NCBI GenBank assembly: GCA_903813345.2
Contig: CAIIXF020000001.1
Coordinates: 26,536,001-26,600,000 of the forward strand
DNA: 64,000 nt
Direction of reading: 5' to 3'
Source of the DNA: Owenia fusiformis
Taxonomy: Eukaryota
Shown here: positions 12,101 through 26,474 of the stretch, in pieces
How positions within the stretch are numbered: the stretch's first letter is position 1
Layout of the letters: every line of letters starts with the position of its first letter
Translations under genes and position numbers: made by a program
Notes under the pieces: model-generated
Databases searched by the model: none
Seen by the model: only the letters and a program-made list of their open reading frames with translations
What the model was told of the DNA's origin: nothing

Positions 12101-15100
12101 ATAATCAAGACAAATGAAAAATAAATGACCTCAAATTGGAAACACCTATCGGCGCGCTGTTGTTTGGAATATGGAACTGCAGCTTGACATACTTTCACCG
12201 TCTACGAAAATTATTTCACTGAAATCAAGAGAACTAGTATTAACGGCAAAATAGCTGTAAATCTCATTCCAATCTTAAATTTACACAATTAATATATAGA
12301 TTTGGACATAAAGTGGTTTTTCAGAAAATATCTCAGCTTAAAACAGATCCCAACACGGTAAGCAGTACGACGCGTTTCATTTTGAAAAAAACACTTGCAT
12401 TGTTTTTCAATTTTAAAAGGCAATTATAAAATTCACTTTCAATTCTTTCAATTTAAAATGATTTGAGGAAATAATAATTTAGAATTATTATGTTGAATGT
12501 TTCAAACACAAGCAAGTTTTGTCCTTGTAACACGCGAGTCTCCAGTGGTCAATGTGCAACACATTACCATAGTTCTAGAACAAATCTAATACTCAGTTCT
12601 CAGAACTAATAACTTACGCACAAACACCTGTATCATCAAACTAAGACGAGCCACAAATTAGTTTAGTTTAAAAATGCATCGCTCGTATGAGGAGCCAGTT
12701 TCCCGAATGCATTATTTTATATTGAAGTCCATCCCATACGAGTGCAGTGGGATAACCCCAAAGCGTTCTTAATTCAATTGATAATTAGACCGACTGGACT
12801 TATATGCCACTTTAGTCCATGGTATGAAATTCCGAGGACGCCTATAAAGGAACTGGTAACACAATATACAGCGCATGATATAGCGCAGCAATATTTGACC
12901 TAATATTCACATACCTACACAATGCATGACATGTCCAGTTTTTTTTTATTATATAGCCGTTCAATATTCTTCTCGTGCTTTTGGGCTGAATTATGCGTGT
13001 ACTTGGCAGGGGTCAAAAATATTAGTAAAAAACGAAATCCCTTTTTACATTTGGAGTACAGGCTGATACAGAAAATGATCTGCAATACATTTTGAGTGAA
13101 TGTTTTAGGTTTCTCAACTATAAATTTGACGTTATTTTTTAGAGTGAAAAATGGGTCTTAACACGTTTTGAGATATGGGCTGTCATCGTCAGAATCAGCG
13201 AATTGCCTTTCCTTGACTGACTGTACGTGGCTACGGCAAAATTATTTTGCTTTAAAGTTATTAGATATTGCTCAGTTGTTTATAAAACAACCACCAAGAA
13301 CTAGTCGAATTCATGAAGCTTTGACAAAAAATAAGTTTCACCAAAACTGTGATGATAACCAGCAGTAATGTCTAAGAAGAGTCAAGTGTGTCAAGTTTAA
13401 TCTACCTAAAAATAAAATGCTTTATCCTTGTTCATTCCTAATAAAATTCAGAGTTTAAGCCCGTTTTCGAGAACGTAGTGAGAACTAGTTTGGTGTGATA
13501 GTAGGGTTAAATTTAGTCAATCGGGGAAAAATATTCTGTGTGCACAAAGTCAGTCACTTGCTGTTTGACAATCAGGGCATTTTTCTAGCTTCAATTCTGT
13601 GTTTTTGACTTTGTAACTGGACACATGTCTATAAAATCGCGTAATCACCACGCCAATCTATAGTTCTTCAAAGTGTGGTCACTGTTTGCCTTCTGTTAAC
13701 CGATTCTGGGTCGAAAACCAGGCATATTTTGGAAACGCAGTACAGACACTATGCCAACGCGGGTCCAGACATCATACATATTTGACAAAACTGGCAACGC
13801 GGTCACAGCAACAATGAAGTTGATGTTTTATTATGTACGATACATTTTTGTTTCACAACGGACTTCAGGAAATGGGGTTGTTGGCCTGCTCTCCCTAGTT
13901 GGTGATATGTTTTCTGTTTATTTCCCTCAACATTCATACTAATTGTAGATGTGGTCCCTATTCTTCGTTTCGTTTGGTACAGGGACAGATTGTCATTGCT
14001 TGATCTTCTCTTTCTGAAAAAATGCGTCAGTTGCCTCACGCGTGTGCTTGATTAAATCAAAATCCTCGAGAGAAAAATGAACTACCTCTAATCTTATTTT
14101 AACCTTTATTCTCGATTGTGTTATTTTGGTATTATATTAATAACCAATCTTATAGATGCTAGATGGTTATACGAAATTGATACAATGATAGGTGACCATT
14201 TTGATTTTGTTCACAATTCTCATTTTAAAGTTTCATATCCAGGGTAGGCAAAAATATAATAATCCATGGAAAATATCTTTAATATTTTTGGGCTTAATTC
14301 AATAAGAAGGTTAACTAGGCACAAACAAGGGTTGTAAATTTCTTTCTTCATCATCCTATAGTCTTGTGGTACTTCGAATAGTCAGCCTCTAATAGTTCCA
14401 TTTTGGGAATAACAAAGGCGCGTAGGTTATCGCAAACAATTTCAGACGATTTAGGTAATCAGGCCTAAATGATGTTAAAGGGACAATGGACATACTTTTT
14501 CAAACTTGTTGACCTAATTTTCACCAAAAATGCAACATTTTATTTTATTTTTGAATGCATAATTATAATGTGCTTTGTGACATGTGGATTGCTCCACGGA
14601 CTTTAAAGATACTGAATTTGGATGACCAAAATGAACTGAAACCAATGGATTGCATTACATTTTTCAATGGAGAAATATATGGGGAACACTAATCTTAGAG
14701 CAATTTAGTATTTCTTTCAAGAACAATTTGATACATCAAAATAAAGAATAGTACCATTAAACATTGTAAAATATGATTGCATCTTTGGTGAAAATTAAGT
14801 CATCATTTTGCAAAAGGTGTGTTGATTGCTTGTAAGATATCTCCGAGTCCGTTTGACTATTATTGTATATAATTTTCTTTGAGATAATGAATGGATCTAA
14901 AAGATATACAGTAACTGTCTTCGTGGTCAGAAAATAGTCATAATCCAAGATATAAATGTTTGAAATTATTTGTGATAACCTACCCGAACCTTTCAAAATA
15001 TTGTAAGTAATCTAATTTTCCCATTAAATAGATTATGACACTGTAACCCCCAGTCCATTTAAACCATATCATCATGCCTGTTTGCTGTTTCGAAAACATT

Positions 15101-16870
15101 TGTATAAAATTTTCGAAAACAATGATTTAATAAAAGAAATTATAACAATTGTGCATATTTTTACCAACACTGTGCAATGATTCAGATGGATGGGAAATAA
15201 ATATTTACAGCTACGTACAGTATACTAGGCCTATCGAGGATTTAGTCTTAACTTACACTCCATTTCTACTACAGTACATTAATGAAACCATCAATGCTCC
15301 TTAACTTAAAGAGGGGACGTTTCAGATTAGTTTAAGATCGTAACAGAATAATTCATTTTCATGATTCAATCGCAGTCCGTTTCCATGCTTAAGGCGAATA
15401 AAAAGTTATGATGATCCTATTAAGAGCTTTAAGTTACGTCAATTCAGGGATAAATGAAGATAATTAAAATTCCCAGAGCTCCCATAATTTGTAGCTCATA
15501 AACTGGAATAAAAGTTATAAACCGGGGTTGAATCCCATGATTCTGACAAAAGTAATCCAAAAATCTACATTTATGCATTAAATTGAGTTATAAATAGGTT
15601 ACTGTGAATAAAACTTCTTTAATTTGAACTTTTGACTCATTTTAATTACTTTTATGAAAGTATTTGAAAGTAAATGGTAATCTTGGGCAATATAACACGT
15701 CTTGGAATGTGAATAAATGAAGAGGGGATCGAATAAGCACCAATCGTAAAAAGACCACATCCTCTTGTAGAGAGGAACTCATAGATGAACTTGTGCTGCA
15801 TTCTATTTCATTTTGAAAACAATATCGAGATGGAAAGGTTCTTGTTTTTAATCACGTGCAAATGCTAGAAAGACCTTTCTCTACAAAAATGACAATAGGA
15901 GTGACACCACCAATGTCATCATCCTAGGATCAACTAAATATACTCTACCTGTCACATAATCACTGACGGTGGTTCGGGGAAGCTTAGACACTAGACTATG
16001 TCTCCAAGGTCCTCCAGACCGCTCACCATTTGACACAGATTGCATGACTTGATGCGTGTTCACAACGTGTGATGTCTCAAGACATGGTCTAAGTCACCAC
16101 TCCCAAAACTCTGTTCATTTTAGATACATTTTGAGAATTCTTTATCGAGTCGAAGACGCGCTTAGAATCATTACCAAAGCAGATCAAGAATGGTGAATCT
16201 GATCTTATTATTGGGTAAAGATACTTAAACATGAGTTTACAGTTATAGTTGTAGTTATGTAGAACGAAATAAGTCATATGAGAGATGGATAATCATGAAT
16301 TTGCTTGATCGTCTATTCTTGATGAGATTTGTTCTATTTCTCGTGATCGGACGTGATGGAGAAACAAATAATTTGCGAATCAAAAATCTACAATATTGCA
16401 AGTTCTAAGTACTGATGCAAAATAATGTTAGTATCATATGACTTTATCATATTTTCAAATTTTTCAAACAAAACTGAGTTGAACGTGGCGAGGAATTTAA
16501 AAGGCATACATAGCAACTAGTATACATCGAAATCTGACGAGGAGTTTGCAATTTATTCATTGCACTGGCTACTACATGCGTCATATACATTTGAGACCAT
16601 GTGATTACTCTCAGGGTCGAGAAAGGGGAGTAAATGATTACGTTTACTATACATATTAATTATATTGAACATGGCCAATGCAACGAGGCATGTATACTCA
16701 GTTATTAATTGGTATAGGGTGATCTCTTCAACCATGGGCAATTGAGTAAATGAGCAATAAAAATCCGTAAAAAACTTCAGGATGTATGGTCATATTTTTG
16801 CAATAAAACACCGGTTGCCAATATTCTAATGCTTTAGTCCATGGTTCAGTCTAAATATTCTAATCTGGTA

Positions 16871-16976
16871 CTTAGCCTTGTCTAAGTCGGTGTCATTTTT
16901 ATAAATTTTCTGTTTGCACATATTAAGTGAAAATGAAGATAAATAAAAGATAATTACCGACTTGGGCAAGGCTAAG
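16871..16976. mobile_element. Miniature inverted-repeat element, 106 bp
   Basis: CTTAGCCTTGTCTAAGTCGGT ... ACCGACTTGGGCAAGGCTAAG, 21-bp imperfect TIR; no clear TSD. Confidence 0.55.
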
Positions 16977-17062
16977 ATCTTATGTACATATGAGTATTGT
17001 TACATTTAAAGGGGTATTCCTTGCCAGACCATTTCTCTCCTGATATGGTAGCAATAATCATA

Positions 17063-18207
17063 TATGTACTTTCCATATTTAGCAAAAACATTGGAATATG
17101 TTTTAATATGATCAATATTGATCATTTAAAAATGTAGTGCTCATGTCCAGCATGCTGCCATCTTTTAAGATTTTAGACAGTAAGTGATGTCATCGACACT
17201 GAACTTCTATTACATTGCCTGTAACAATATAGGGAAGAAGCACAAAAGTACTTAGTGGTCTTTATTGTTTGTGCAAAGATATTTTCAGGGCTTGTCAACT
17301 TAGAATTAAAAGATGAGATTTTTAAAAGGATTAAATCGTAAACAAAAATTGAAAAAGAATATTCAGCTGGTTTTGTAATTCTTAATATTTTTTGTCCAAA
17401 CTCAATGATACTATATCTCGAGTTAAATGCCATCTTAACGAGGTCAAAGAAGCATGTATCAGAGTAGATCACGTCGAATGGCACAACAGTCTTTGGGACG
17501 ATAGTCGTAACCCAAATGGCAACAAATTACGGACATATCGACTGTTTAAAACACATTCCATGCAGCCCGCCCATTATACTTGTATCAACATGTCAAGGAG
17601 TGAACGCAGAGCTATTGCCCAACTTAGAAGTGGAACACTCCCATTGAAGATCGAAACTGGACGATATAACAATACCCCACTCCAGGATCGCCGATGTCAC
17701 TGTGATAATTTAACTGTTGAGGACGAGTTTCATTTTCTTTTACAGTGCAATAGTTATGAAGAACTGAGAACTCCATTGTTTTTAGATTGTGTTAAGGAAA
17801 TTCCTGACTTTCATCAGCTTAACCATATTCAACAATTTTGCAATATTATGTCAACACAGAGCCTACAAAGGACACTATCCAAAACACTTATAAAAATGAT
17901 TTTAAAAAGACGTACTCTACTGTGATAATTTAACCTTTTATATAGTCATACTGAATCTAGTCTCTCATAGGTCGACACCGGCCGGGCCAGACGATTTTAA
18001 TATTATTGTTTTATAATTGTATGTATTTTAAATGGCGTGAGACATAAATAAAATATAACATAACATAACATAACATATAAAAAGTTGAGAGTCGATGACC
18101 TAACTAAATATGACAGCCTTCTGGAATTGAGCATTACATCTTTAAGTGATCAATATTGATCATATCAAAACATTATTCCGTATTTTGCTAAACACGGGAA
18201 GTACGTA
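17063..18207. mobile_element. Degenerate inverted-repeat element hosting a LINE fragment
   Basis: Arms ~17063-17210 and ~18075-18207 are diverged inverted copies sharing the ATATGATCAATATTGATCA core. Confidence 0.6.
17392..18075 (+). mobile_element. 5'-truncated non-LTR retrotransposon 3' end, RTE-X-like clade tentative
   Basis: ORF 17392-17925 has NKLRTYRLFK...LRSGTLPLKIETGRY...CHC...VEDEFHFLLQC, a C-terminal zinc-knuckle region typical of invertebrate LINE ORF2; short 3' UTR, AATAAA at 18047 and a (TAACA)4 tail at 18056-18075. Confidence 0.85.
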
Positions 18208-20813
18208 AAACCTGTGTATATTGGACATTAGCCTAAGAGGAAGGGTGTCCACTGGAGACATGTGTTCACTATCTGTGTTCACTAAGACAGGTTTTACTAT
18301 ATTTGCTTTTTTCTAATCATCAGCTATGTGACATTCGTAAAACACATTGCACGAAAAGACGAATGACTGTCTATATCAATTGGCACACATGCGTGAAAAA
18401 TGAGTGGATAAACTGTTCAGAGAAAACGTGTGATATATCGTACAGAACTTGGGTCTTTGCCTTCATAAAACAGAAAATTTCAATGTGTTAAATAAAGCCG
18501 CTTGGTAATAGTTATTTAGAGTTTTTCCTCACAAGCACTAAATTGAGTTACTGGATCAATTACTGGGTAAATAAATGCATCTGCAGCAAAACCTGTGTTT
18601 GTGCAAGGTAAATAGGAAGCGAAATTCTAGGATAAGGCACCCACATCTTACCTGGCTAAAACAATTAAAACGGAAGTTCAAAGATATGATCATGTGAACT
18701 TCTTGTAGTGCTGGATCAGCAGCGCTTTTGCTCCTCCTTTTCATACCTCTTGCTTTGGGTAGCATGGTTATATGTCCCGTATTTTCGTAAATAATAATTG
18801 GTCGAAATTGTTTTTGTTGTTGTGAAATGTTTTTTATTTCTTTATTTAATGGGGAATCTAATGAGCACATTTTAAAATGTTGGGGTATCTAAATATAGTT
18901 GACATGATCATTATTTGCATTTGATATAAAATAAATTACTTAGTAATATGGTGGGATTAAATAAATGACCCAGACAAAAATGGGATATTAGAAGACAAAT
19001 AAGAGAGATGAAGAAAAGCATATTTGATAAGCATCAAGAAAAAGATGATTTGGGAAATTCTGCATATTCAGGGAAGGTTATTCCGATTACTACTAAAAAA
19101 AGATCAGTAAGGTGCTTATAATTAAGGCCACATATTAAATTTTTTTAATGTCCTTTAAACTCAGATTAATACTTTGCTGATCTTTCTGGCCAAAAAGGGA
19201 ACATTATTTATCACCCAGAAATCGGCCCACTAGTTCCGTTTTTCATCATAATTAATTTTGCTAAGTGGGGCAAAATTCAGCTCGGACCCAAGTTTTAAAC
19301 ATTGCAAAAGTCAGTACAAGGGGCATAGGGGCTATTGGAAGAAGGTGTGACAGGTGTGGCATAGACAGTAAAGTGTTCATACTCATACTCTTGCAAGAAT
19401 ACATCCTATACCTCTCCAAATTGCCACCACTTCCTTGCACATAAAGATGCGCTCTGTCCACGTCATGCATGGTTTAGCCCCGAGTCATCTGTGGGTTAAA
19501 GCAGAGAAAAACAGCCCATGGGCAATTCTTTCTCGAGGTTTTGCAATATCTGGTGGAGGAATTGTGAGCACAGATGCTCCTGAGATAGGTCCAAAAGAAA
19601 AAGTTACCTGATTGGTTGTTGAATTTGTTGATCATGAACCTGATTGGCTGCCTGGTTTAAGGCACATGTGGGCATTTGCGTGACTCAACGGGGATTCCCA
19701 TTTCCCCTCGCTAGCCGAGGAATCGATTATGCTTGATTTTGAAAATTTTGAAAAAATCTAAAGTGATCCCCATAAACTTGAATTTTCATCAGTTTTAGTC
19801 ATGGGCTTTCAACAGGGAAGTATTGCCTTGGGTTTTAAAAATTGGAGAAAATGCTTCTTGTACACATTCCAAGAAAAATCTTATTTTGTACTTTTCATGA
19901 ATGATTTAACTCAAAAATAAAAACATGATTATCTCATCTGCATACATGTTGATAATTTAATATAAAATGGAATTCATCACAATTATGGCAATAATAAATG
20001 TGAACATTCTCCCACAAATTATATTTTTACTGGAATGTCTTCTTGAATTATTACCCACAATGCAACATTTGAAGAGATATTATTTACAAGTAATATGTAG
20101 ATTTCAAGTATGATATCACATTGACTGAATTTTGAAAACTTTGAATTGTGTAAATCAAGATTATTTCTAATAACTAGTCCATTGTTATATTGTCATATTG
20201 ATTACAGAAAACATGAGTTTTTCCTATCAAGTTTCTTATAATATAACATTAATATTCATGTATTTTTCTAATTTTTCAGATTTTTTTGTGTTGGCTGAAG
20301 ATTTTCCCTGCCATAGGTGCAAAAATGACTGGCTTCAAAGGTTACTAGATACTTATCAACAATATCAAGCTCAGATTTACAACTTCACATGAATCAATCA
20401 ACAAAAATGAAGGCGTAACGTTACACCATTCACCATCACCTATTAATGGTACAGTTAAATCAACTTTGTCTGATCTGAAAAACTCCGTTCCTGATGAAAC
20501 ACAATGGAGATTATAAGACCAGACCATGTCCATAACAGCAGAGTATTGATAAGGTGAAAACAAAATGATACTGTGCAATGTTAACGAGATGCCAAGAACT
20601 ATATACTCAAAATGATAACAATGAATGATAACACGACTTTGATGTTGACATGAAAATTGAACTATAAAGAGAGTCAGTTAGCAGGGACAATTTGATTCTC
20701 CTGTCTTCCAACTCTTTGAGGTAATGATTTATGATTCAAAATTAGATAAGGATATATTGGAAAATACTAATATTGGAAATATTCTGGAAAATACTATTTG
20801 CTGGAAAGATTTA

Positions 20814-21257
20814 TAGGCTGTCCCAAAAGTATGGGACCTCCATAGGCAGAATGTACCAATGCCCCCATAGTATGTGTCATATGTGATTTTAAAGCTTATC
20901 CAAAGTTACATTGATTTGCAAAGTATCATGTGTCAATTCCCAAATTGGAAAAAGGTTACAGATTTTTCAAAATTTAGTTTCTGGCTACAGTTGAAGTTCA
21001 GTTTTACACTAAATTAGTAGTAGTGTGTCTTTCCTTGGCCATGTTGCATTTTAAATCCTCTTAAAACATTTTTAAGGAAATAAAGAGTTTCCATGGAGTA
21101 TCTACCCTCACCTTGGCCAAACACTATTTGAGAGTTGAATCATGATACTGGACAAGTCAATGTAATTCTTGATAACCTTCAAAATGTTATATAATACATA
21201 CTGTGAAGGCATTGGCATATGTCTGCCTAGGGGGTCCCATACTTTCTGGACACCCTG
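20814..21257. mobile_element. Tc1/mariner-like MITE
   Basis: TA|TAGGCTGTCCCAAAAGTATGGGAC ... GTCCCATACTTTCTGGACACCCTG|TA; long imperfect TIRs with TA flanks. Confidence 0.7.
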
Positions 21258-21946
21258 TACAATGGTACATTGGTAAATAGTTTTTAAAATCTTAGTTTTT
21301 CATTTTAACCAAATTAATGATTATTTCTGCTTATCTAAAATTTTGGTTGTCTATCCATTGAATCTGTGAGTTTTTGGCATGACCCCCCCTCCTCACAGGG
21401 GCTGTGTTGAGAAAAAGGGTTAGAAATATGTCGCTGGAATTATGAAATTATGATTTTTAAAAAAATGTTAACTGTAATTTTTACATGTTTTTATTCTCAT
21501 TTTCTGCTCAATCAGCATGCAACCTGGTGGATGGATGCCACATATATCTTGTCATTAAAATACCAAGAAAACAACCTATCAGTTATTTCACATGGCCTCC
21601 ATTTTGAATTTTTAAATATATTTTGTCATCAAAATGTCTTCCACTCATGGTATTTAATTTGAATTTGTACAACTTTGATGTACAACTTCAAAGTCTATAG
21701 CTGACGAACTTTCGGAACTCTGGAGGATAGAACTTCATACAAATCGACTGGTGCTATGCTCATTGAGAGTGATATTTATTAGTTTTTGTCTTGTCCTATT
21801 ATTTTCTGTTAAAAAGCTAGAACGAGATTCATGAAAACTGAAATTTTGAGAATATCCTCATTCCAAAAACTTGGTCAAATGTATCAAGTTTTAATGTCAT
21901 TTGGTCAATTTTTCAATTACACACTTCCTGTCTGTCTAGATCTACA

Positions 21947-22748
21947 TTTATTATCCCATCGAACGAAGTTCATTTTACGATTTTTGCTGTAACTCAAAAT
22001 ATAGTGGAGCGATTTTGTTCATATTTGGTATGTGAATACTATAAGCATTGCACACTGTCTAAAGACACTTTTGGTAGAAGGCGGCCATTTTGAAAAATGG
22101 CCGCAATTTTAACGTATTTTACTATAACTCGAAAAGTAGTGGAGCGATTTTGTTCATATTTGGTATGTGAAAACTATAAGCATGGCACACTGTCCTATGA
22201 CACTTTTGGTAGAAGGCGGCCATTTTGAAAAATGGCCCCCATTTTAATGTATTTTACTATAACTCGAAAAGTAGTGGAGCAATTTTGTTCATATTTGGTA
22301 TGTGAATATTATAAGCATGGCACACTGTCTATTTCTAATGACACTTTTGGTAGAAGGTGGCCATTTTGAAAAATGGCCGCCATTTTAACGTATTTTACTA
22401 TAACTCGAAAAGTATTGGAGCGATTTTGTTCATATTTGATATGTGAATACTTTAAGCATGGCACATTGTCTAATTAAACTTTGGGGAGTAGTCGGCCATT
22501 TTGAAAAATGGCCACCATTTTTATGTGTGTTATTTTACAAGTATGTGTGCGATTTTTCGAAAATTTTAGAGATGGCTACTTAAAAGCATATTATTTCTCC
22601 TGATGACAACTTGGCTAGTGAGCAACCATTTTGAAAATGGTGGCCTTTCTGGTGTGTTGTTTTATGATATTTGCATTCGTTTGTAAAAATGCCAGCCATT
22701 TCTGTTCGATGGGATTCGCTACGCTTTGGCATTGCCGTTGTTCTGGTT
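21947..22748 (+). mobile_element. Helentron-associated non-autonomous element (HINE/DINE-like) with an internal ~125-bp tandem array
   Basis: Subterminal IR ATCCCATCGAAC (21953-21964) / GTTCGATGGGAT (22704-22715), 3' hairpin GGCATTGCC, T-rich ends, about 4 internal repeats containing GGCCATTTTGAAAAATGGCC. Confidence 0.75.
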
Positions 22749-24805
22749 TCTATCATGTCTATCTGTGTCTGAAATTGGGGCACACTTTAAAATCACTTCC
22801 CTATGAATGATGATGAATTTGTTCCCTTATAGTATGGTTTAGAAGGTATCAATCAAGTTCTGCTATATTGAACACATGCAATATTATATAAATTGTATTG
22901 AATATCATGAAAATAAAGTGAATTATTGATAATATTTAAAATAATTATAACATCTGTCTGTGTCATATTTGTTGTTAGCATAATTTTTACAAAATTTGCA
23001 ATTATATCCCCAGCATGAAAACATTAAATATTGCATTATTAGAGCAAAAGTATGTACCAGGCATAATTCTGTTACAAATGCTAGGTATAACATTTTCAAC
23101 AAATGAGTATTCTCGATTTGAAGAACGAAGTTCATCACTCTAGCGTTACCCTGCTTTGCACAATTCTTTTACATTATTTAGGCTAGATTTGAATGTCTTC
23201 TTTTGAAAAGATTTAATTTGGGTGATATTTCAAATTTTTTCATAAAAAAATAAATTATGAGTGCAGTAAACTGATGAACTTCTTTCTCCAAATCTAGACT
23301 AATTGTATTTTATTGAATCGGTCTACTGCACGTTACCCCTGCTTCGAACAATTGTGATATTTTTACATCTTGCAGAATTAAGTGTGTTCTTTTGAATATT
23401 CAAGATTTAATTTGGGTGATATTTCTAAATTTTTCATTAAAAAATTATGAGCCCAAGAGACTGTTCTCCGTACGGCGACGTCTCCTTTTATTCCAGTCCA
23501 GGCATAAATTCTATGCTAAATTTTATATTCGAACACGAATGTATTCACGCCTTCTATAAAATGTAAACAAAGTCAACATTTCACGCGGGGTGTATTCGAC
23601 AATATTACCCCTGCTTTTCGGTCTATATTTCTTAATTATATTCTCATTCTCAAGCTACTATTTTTACCATTAGCAACCAATTAAAAACTTAGGCCTACAA
23701 TGGAGTGATTGGATCAATTTTATGAATTAGACAATGGTTGCCTCAAGTTAAGCCCCTTCAGTGATAAATGAAGAAATGTAACCTCTTGCAATGATATACA
23801 AATGTCATTCATGTACATTATGAATATACTTTTCCATATATTATTGCCATTCCTTATTTATGCCCCAGCATTGAACATTCTCAGATTCCAATTTCAATAT
23901 AATATTCAGTTGAAAATCAAAATTAACGTTATTATTTTATATTTTCTGAGTTTTCTGATTTAGTTACATTTACCAATAGAATTTATATTTTCTATGGTAA
24001 CCGGGTACTACTAGTAATCGGTTTGTTATAATTTGCCTTTTGGGTCACTGTACTCAGTGACCGGTATCATTGACCTCCTGTGGAATGTATTTGACAAGTA
24101 CATGTAGTTGCTCACTCTAGAATAGACATCAGGAGACGGTAAAGAGCCGATTAAATACAAATAATCGCGCGTGTTATGCAGTTTTAAGGTATGTGCAGTT
24201 CCTATATGATATAGACTTTCTTTTAATCTCGTTGGTCAAGCGATTTACCAAGAACAAATCGGTTGAAGAGCTCACTAAACTCGTCGAATGTCAGAAGGAA
24301 AATCGCCATTCAGCTGATTCCAAATCGAGTCAGCCCCGATAAGGACAGCTCATTTCAACTTAATGTCCAGCGAATCTGTCTAGTATAGATCCAGACACAC
24401 TTATATGAAGGGACATAGACCACTCACGTCATAACTTATAAAGTTACACCTTGAAATCTGAAAATACATGTTACAAGTCGAAAACAACAGTCAAACTGCC
24501 TACCGAACTAGTGGTTTTTATTCGATTGTTTCAAGGGGTCTTCAAAATGCTCGAAATGAAAGTTCAAATTACCCTACTTATATTGAAGTTGCGTGATCGA
24601 AACCTATTTAAATCGTAAAAAGAAACTATACATTATGTCTCTGCCAAGTATAAAGTGTAAATATTCTGTAGTTTTTACAGGATTAGAATATCTATTCGGG
24701 AAGTGGAGATTCTGGACGTATGCCGAGAATTTTTAATCACCGGCGCGTAGTGATAATCGTGACGTCATATTTTGGTTTGGCCGCCCAGCTGCTGGTGGAG
24801 GAATA

Positions 24806-25239
24806 TCCCAGATGCGAGTAGAAATAATCTTGATTTACGTCATTAAAAATTCACAATTTAGTCAAACTGATGTCATATCTTGAATCTACATGTAAAATTA
24901 CATCTAGATATGTGGTTTTGAAAAGAGTTTATCAACTTTGAAAATTTAATTTTCTTTGAAAATGTGACTTCTAGGTCGGGGAGATTCCCCATAGACCCCA
25001 TTTTGTAAAACCACAAAAAGTGAAATATCTTTTCTTTTGTTGGGCAGATAATATTTTCTTTTACTGGACATATTTTAATTTGTATATCTATCACATACAT
25101 ACGGGTAATATGAAAAGTAAACCATTAAAACTGATGAATATTCAGGTTTAGGGAATTTTGTAATACCCTGCCATGTTATTTCCCCCGACTGAATCAGCCA
25201 CCTGGTGGCGAAACTGGTAACTACCTACTCGCATCTGAG
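24806..25239. mobile_element. TIR element with probable TA target, inserted into another repeat
   Basis: CAGATGCGAGTAG ... CTACTCGCATCTG termini. The joined flanks rebuild GGTGGAGGAATTGTGAGCACAGATGCTCC, which is uninterrupted at ~19552-19580. Confidence 0.7.
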
Positions 25240-25636
25240 TAATTGTGAGCACAGATGCTCCTGAGATAGCTCCAAAAGAAAAAGTCACAACAATTCAAGT
25301 CAGGGGAACTTCCATTGGCACTTAGCCCTTGCACTGATTTTTTCAATATCTAAAACTTGTTCCAGAGCCGATTTTAGCCCACTGTGCAAATGGAAGGATT
25401 TCTCACCCAACCATTACCACATGTGAATGAATGACATATATATCATTGCCAAGAGTAGAGACGTGGCTTTATGGTACATTGAATGAAATTGATGTAGTCA
25501 TCACTAGTTTTGTGATTTTACGAGATAACTACTTGTTGCGTTTATTTGATACGCCCTGTACATAACACGTCTCTCTGACTGACTGTGTAACAAGTGTCAA
25601 TCTGGTTCTATTATTTGACGCATAAACAATATCTAT

Positions 25637-26177
25637 CACTGGTGATCCACTCGATTACGCTGGTTACCGAAACGGTTCGTTTTGGTAACAAAATGTCGGA
25701 ACATCGAAGGTACGACTTTTCTTTTTCCTTATTTCACACGTTGTAGGCAGAATTCCCACAACATTTTTAACACAAATGTGTATCAGTATCATATGTTTAA
25801 GAAAATGTACATATTTGCGAACAAATAGTTCAGAAGACGACAGAATCGTCGATTTAATTCCTCACTTAAGTTACATAAACGGTTTTTCGAAAAACAGTTA
25901 AGATCTGCACTTTTAACCCAAACCGTTTATGTAACTTAAGTGAGGAATTAAATCGACGATTCTGTTGTCTTCTGAACTATTTTAATTTTTCGCAAACATG
26001 TACATTTTCTAAAACATATGATACTGATATACGTTTGTGAGAAAAAACGTCGTGGGGATTCTGCAGGTACAAAGTGTGATATAAGGAAAAAAGTAAAATC
26101 GTACCTTCGACGTTCCGACATTTTGTTACCAAAACGAACCGTTTCGGTAACCAGCGTAATCGAGCGGATCACCAGTG
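25637..26177. mobile_element. Transib-like palindromic non-autonomous DNA transposon, 541 bp
   Basis: TIRs begin CACTGGTGATCC; ~250-bp inverted arms; 5-bp TSD TCTAT at 25632-25636 and 26178-26182. Confidence 0.88.
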
Positions 26178-26474
26178 TCTATGTGAAACCGTTTCTTTGA
26201 ATATTATCCTGGCAACTGTATATTTTCAATTAGACCCCTAGTGTCTGTTAACCGCAAAGAGTAATTCTTTATTTCAATTGCATAATTGATTCCTGCATCT
26301 ATTCCTGCATCATTATTGAAACTATTATCGCCAAATAAAGATATGGACGTTTTTTGGCCCACCTTGTAGTTGACCACTCAACCGAGAATATTCCATTGAT
26401 CCATCGGGATATTGGACATGGTCTACCTTCCTGGAAAGGTAAGAGAATTCAATTCGACCCGTCTCTGTCAAAAC

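Noticed and set aside
14475-15062. Kolobok-like element starting TTAAAGGGACA
   Set aside because: The matching right terminus is too weak to call.
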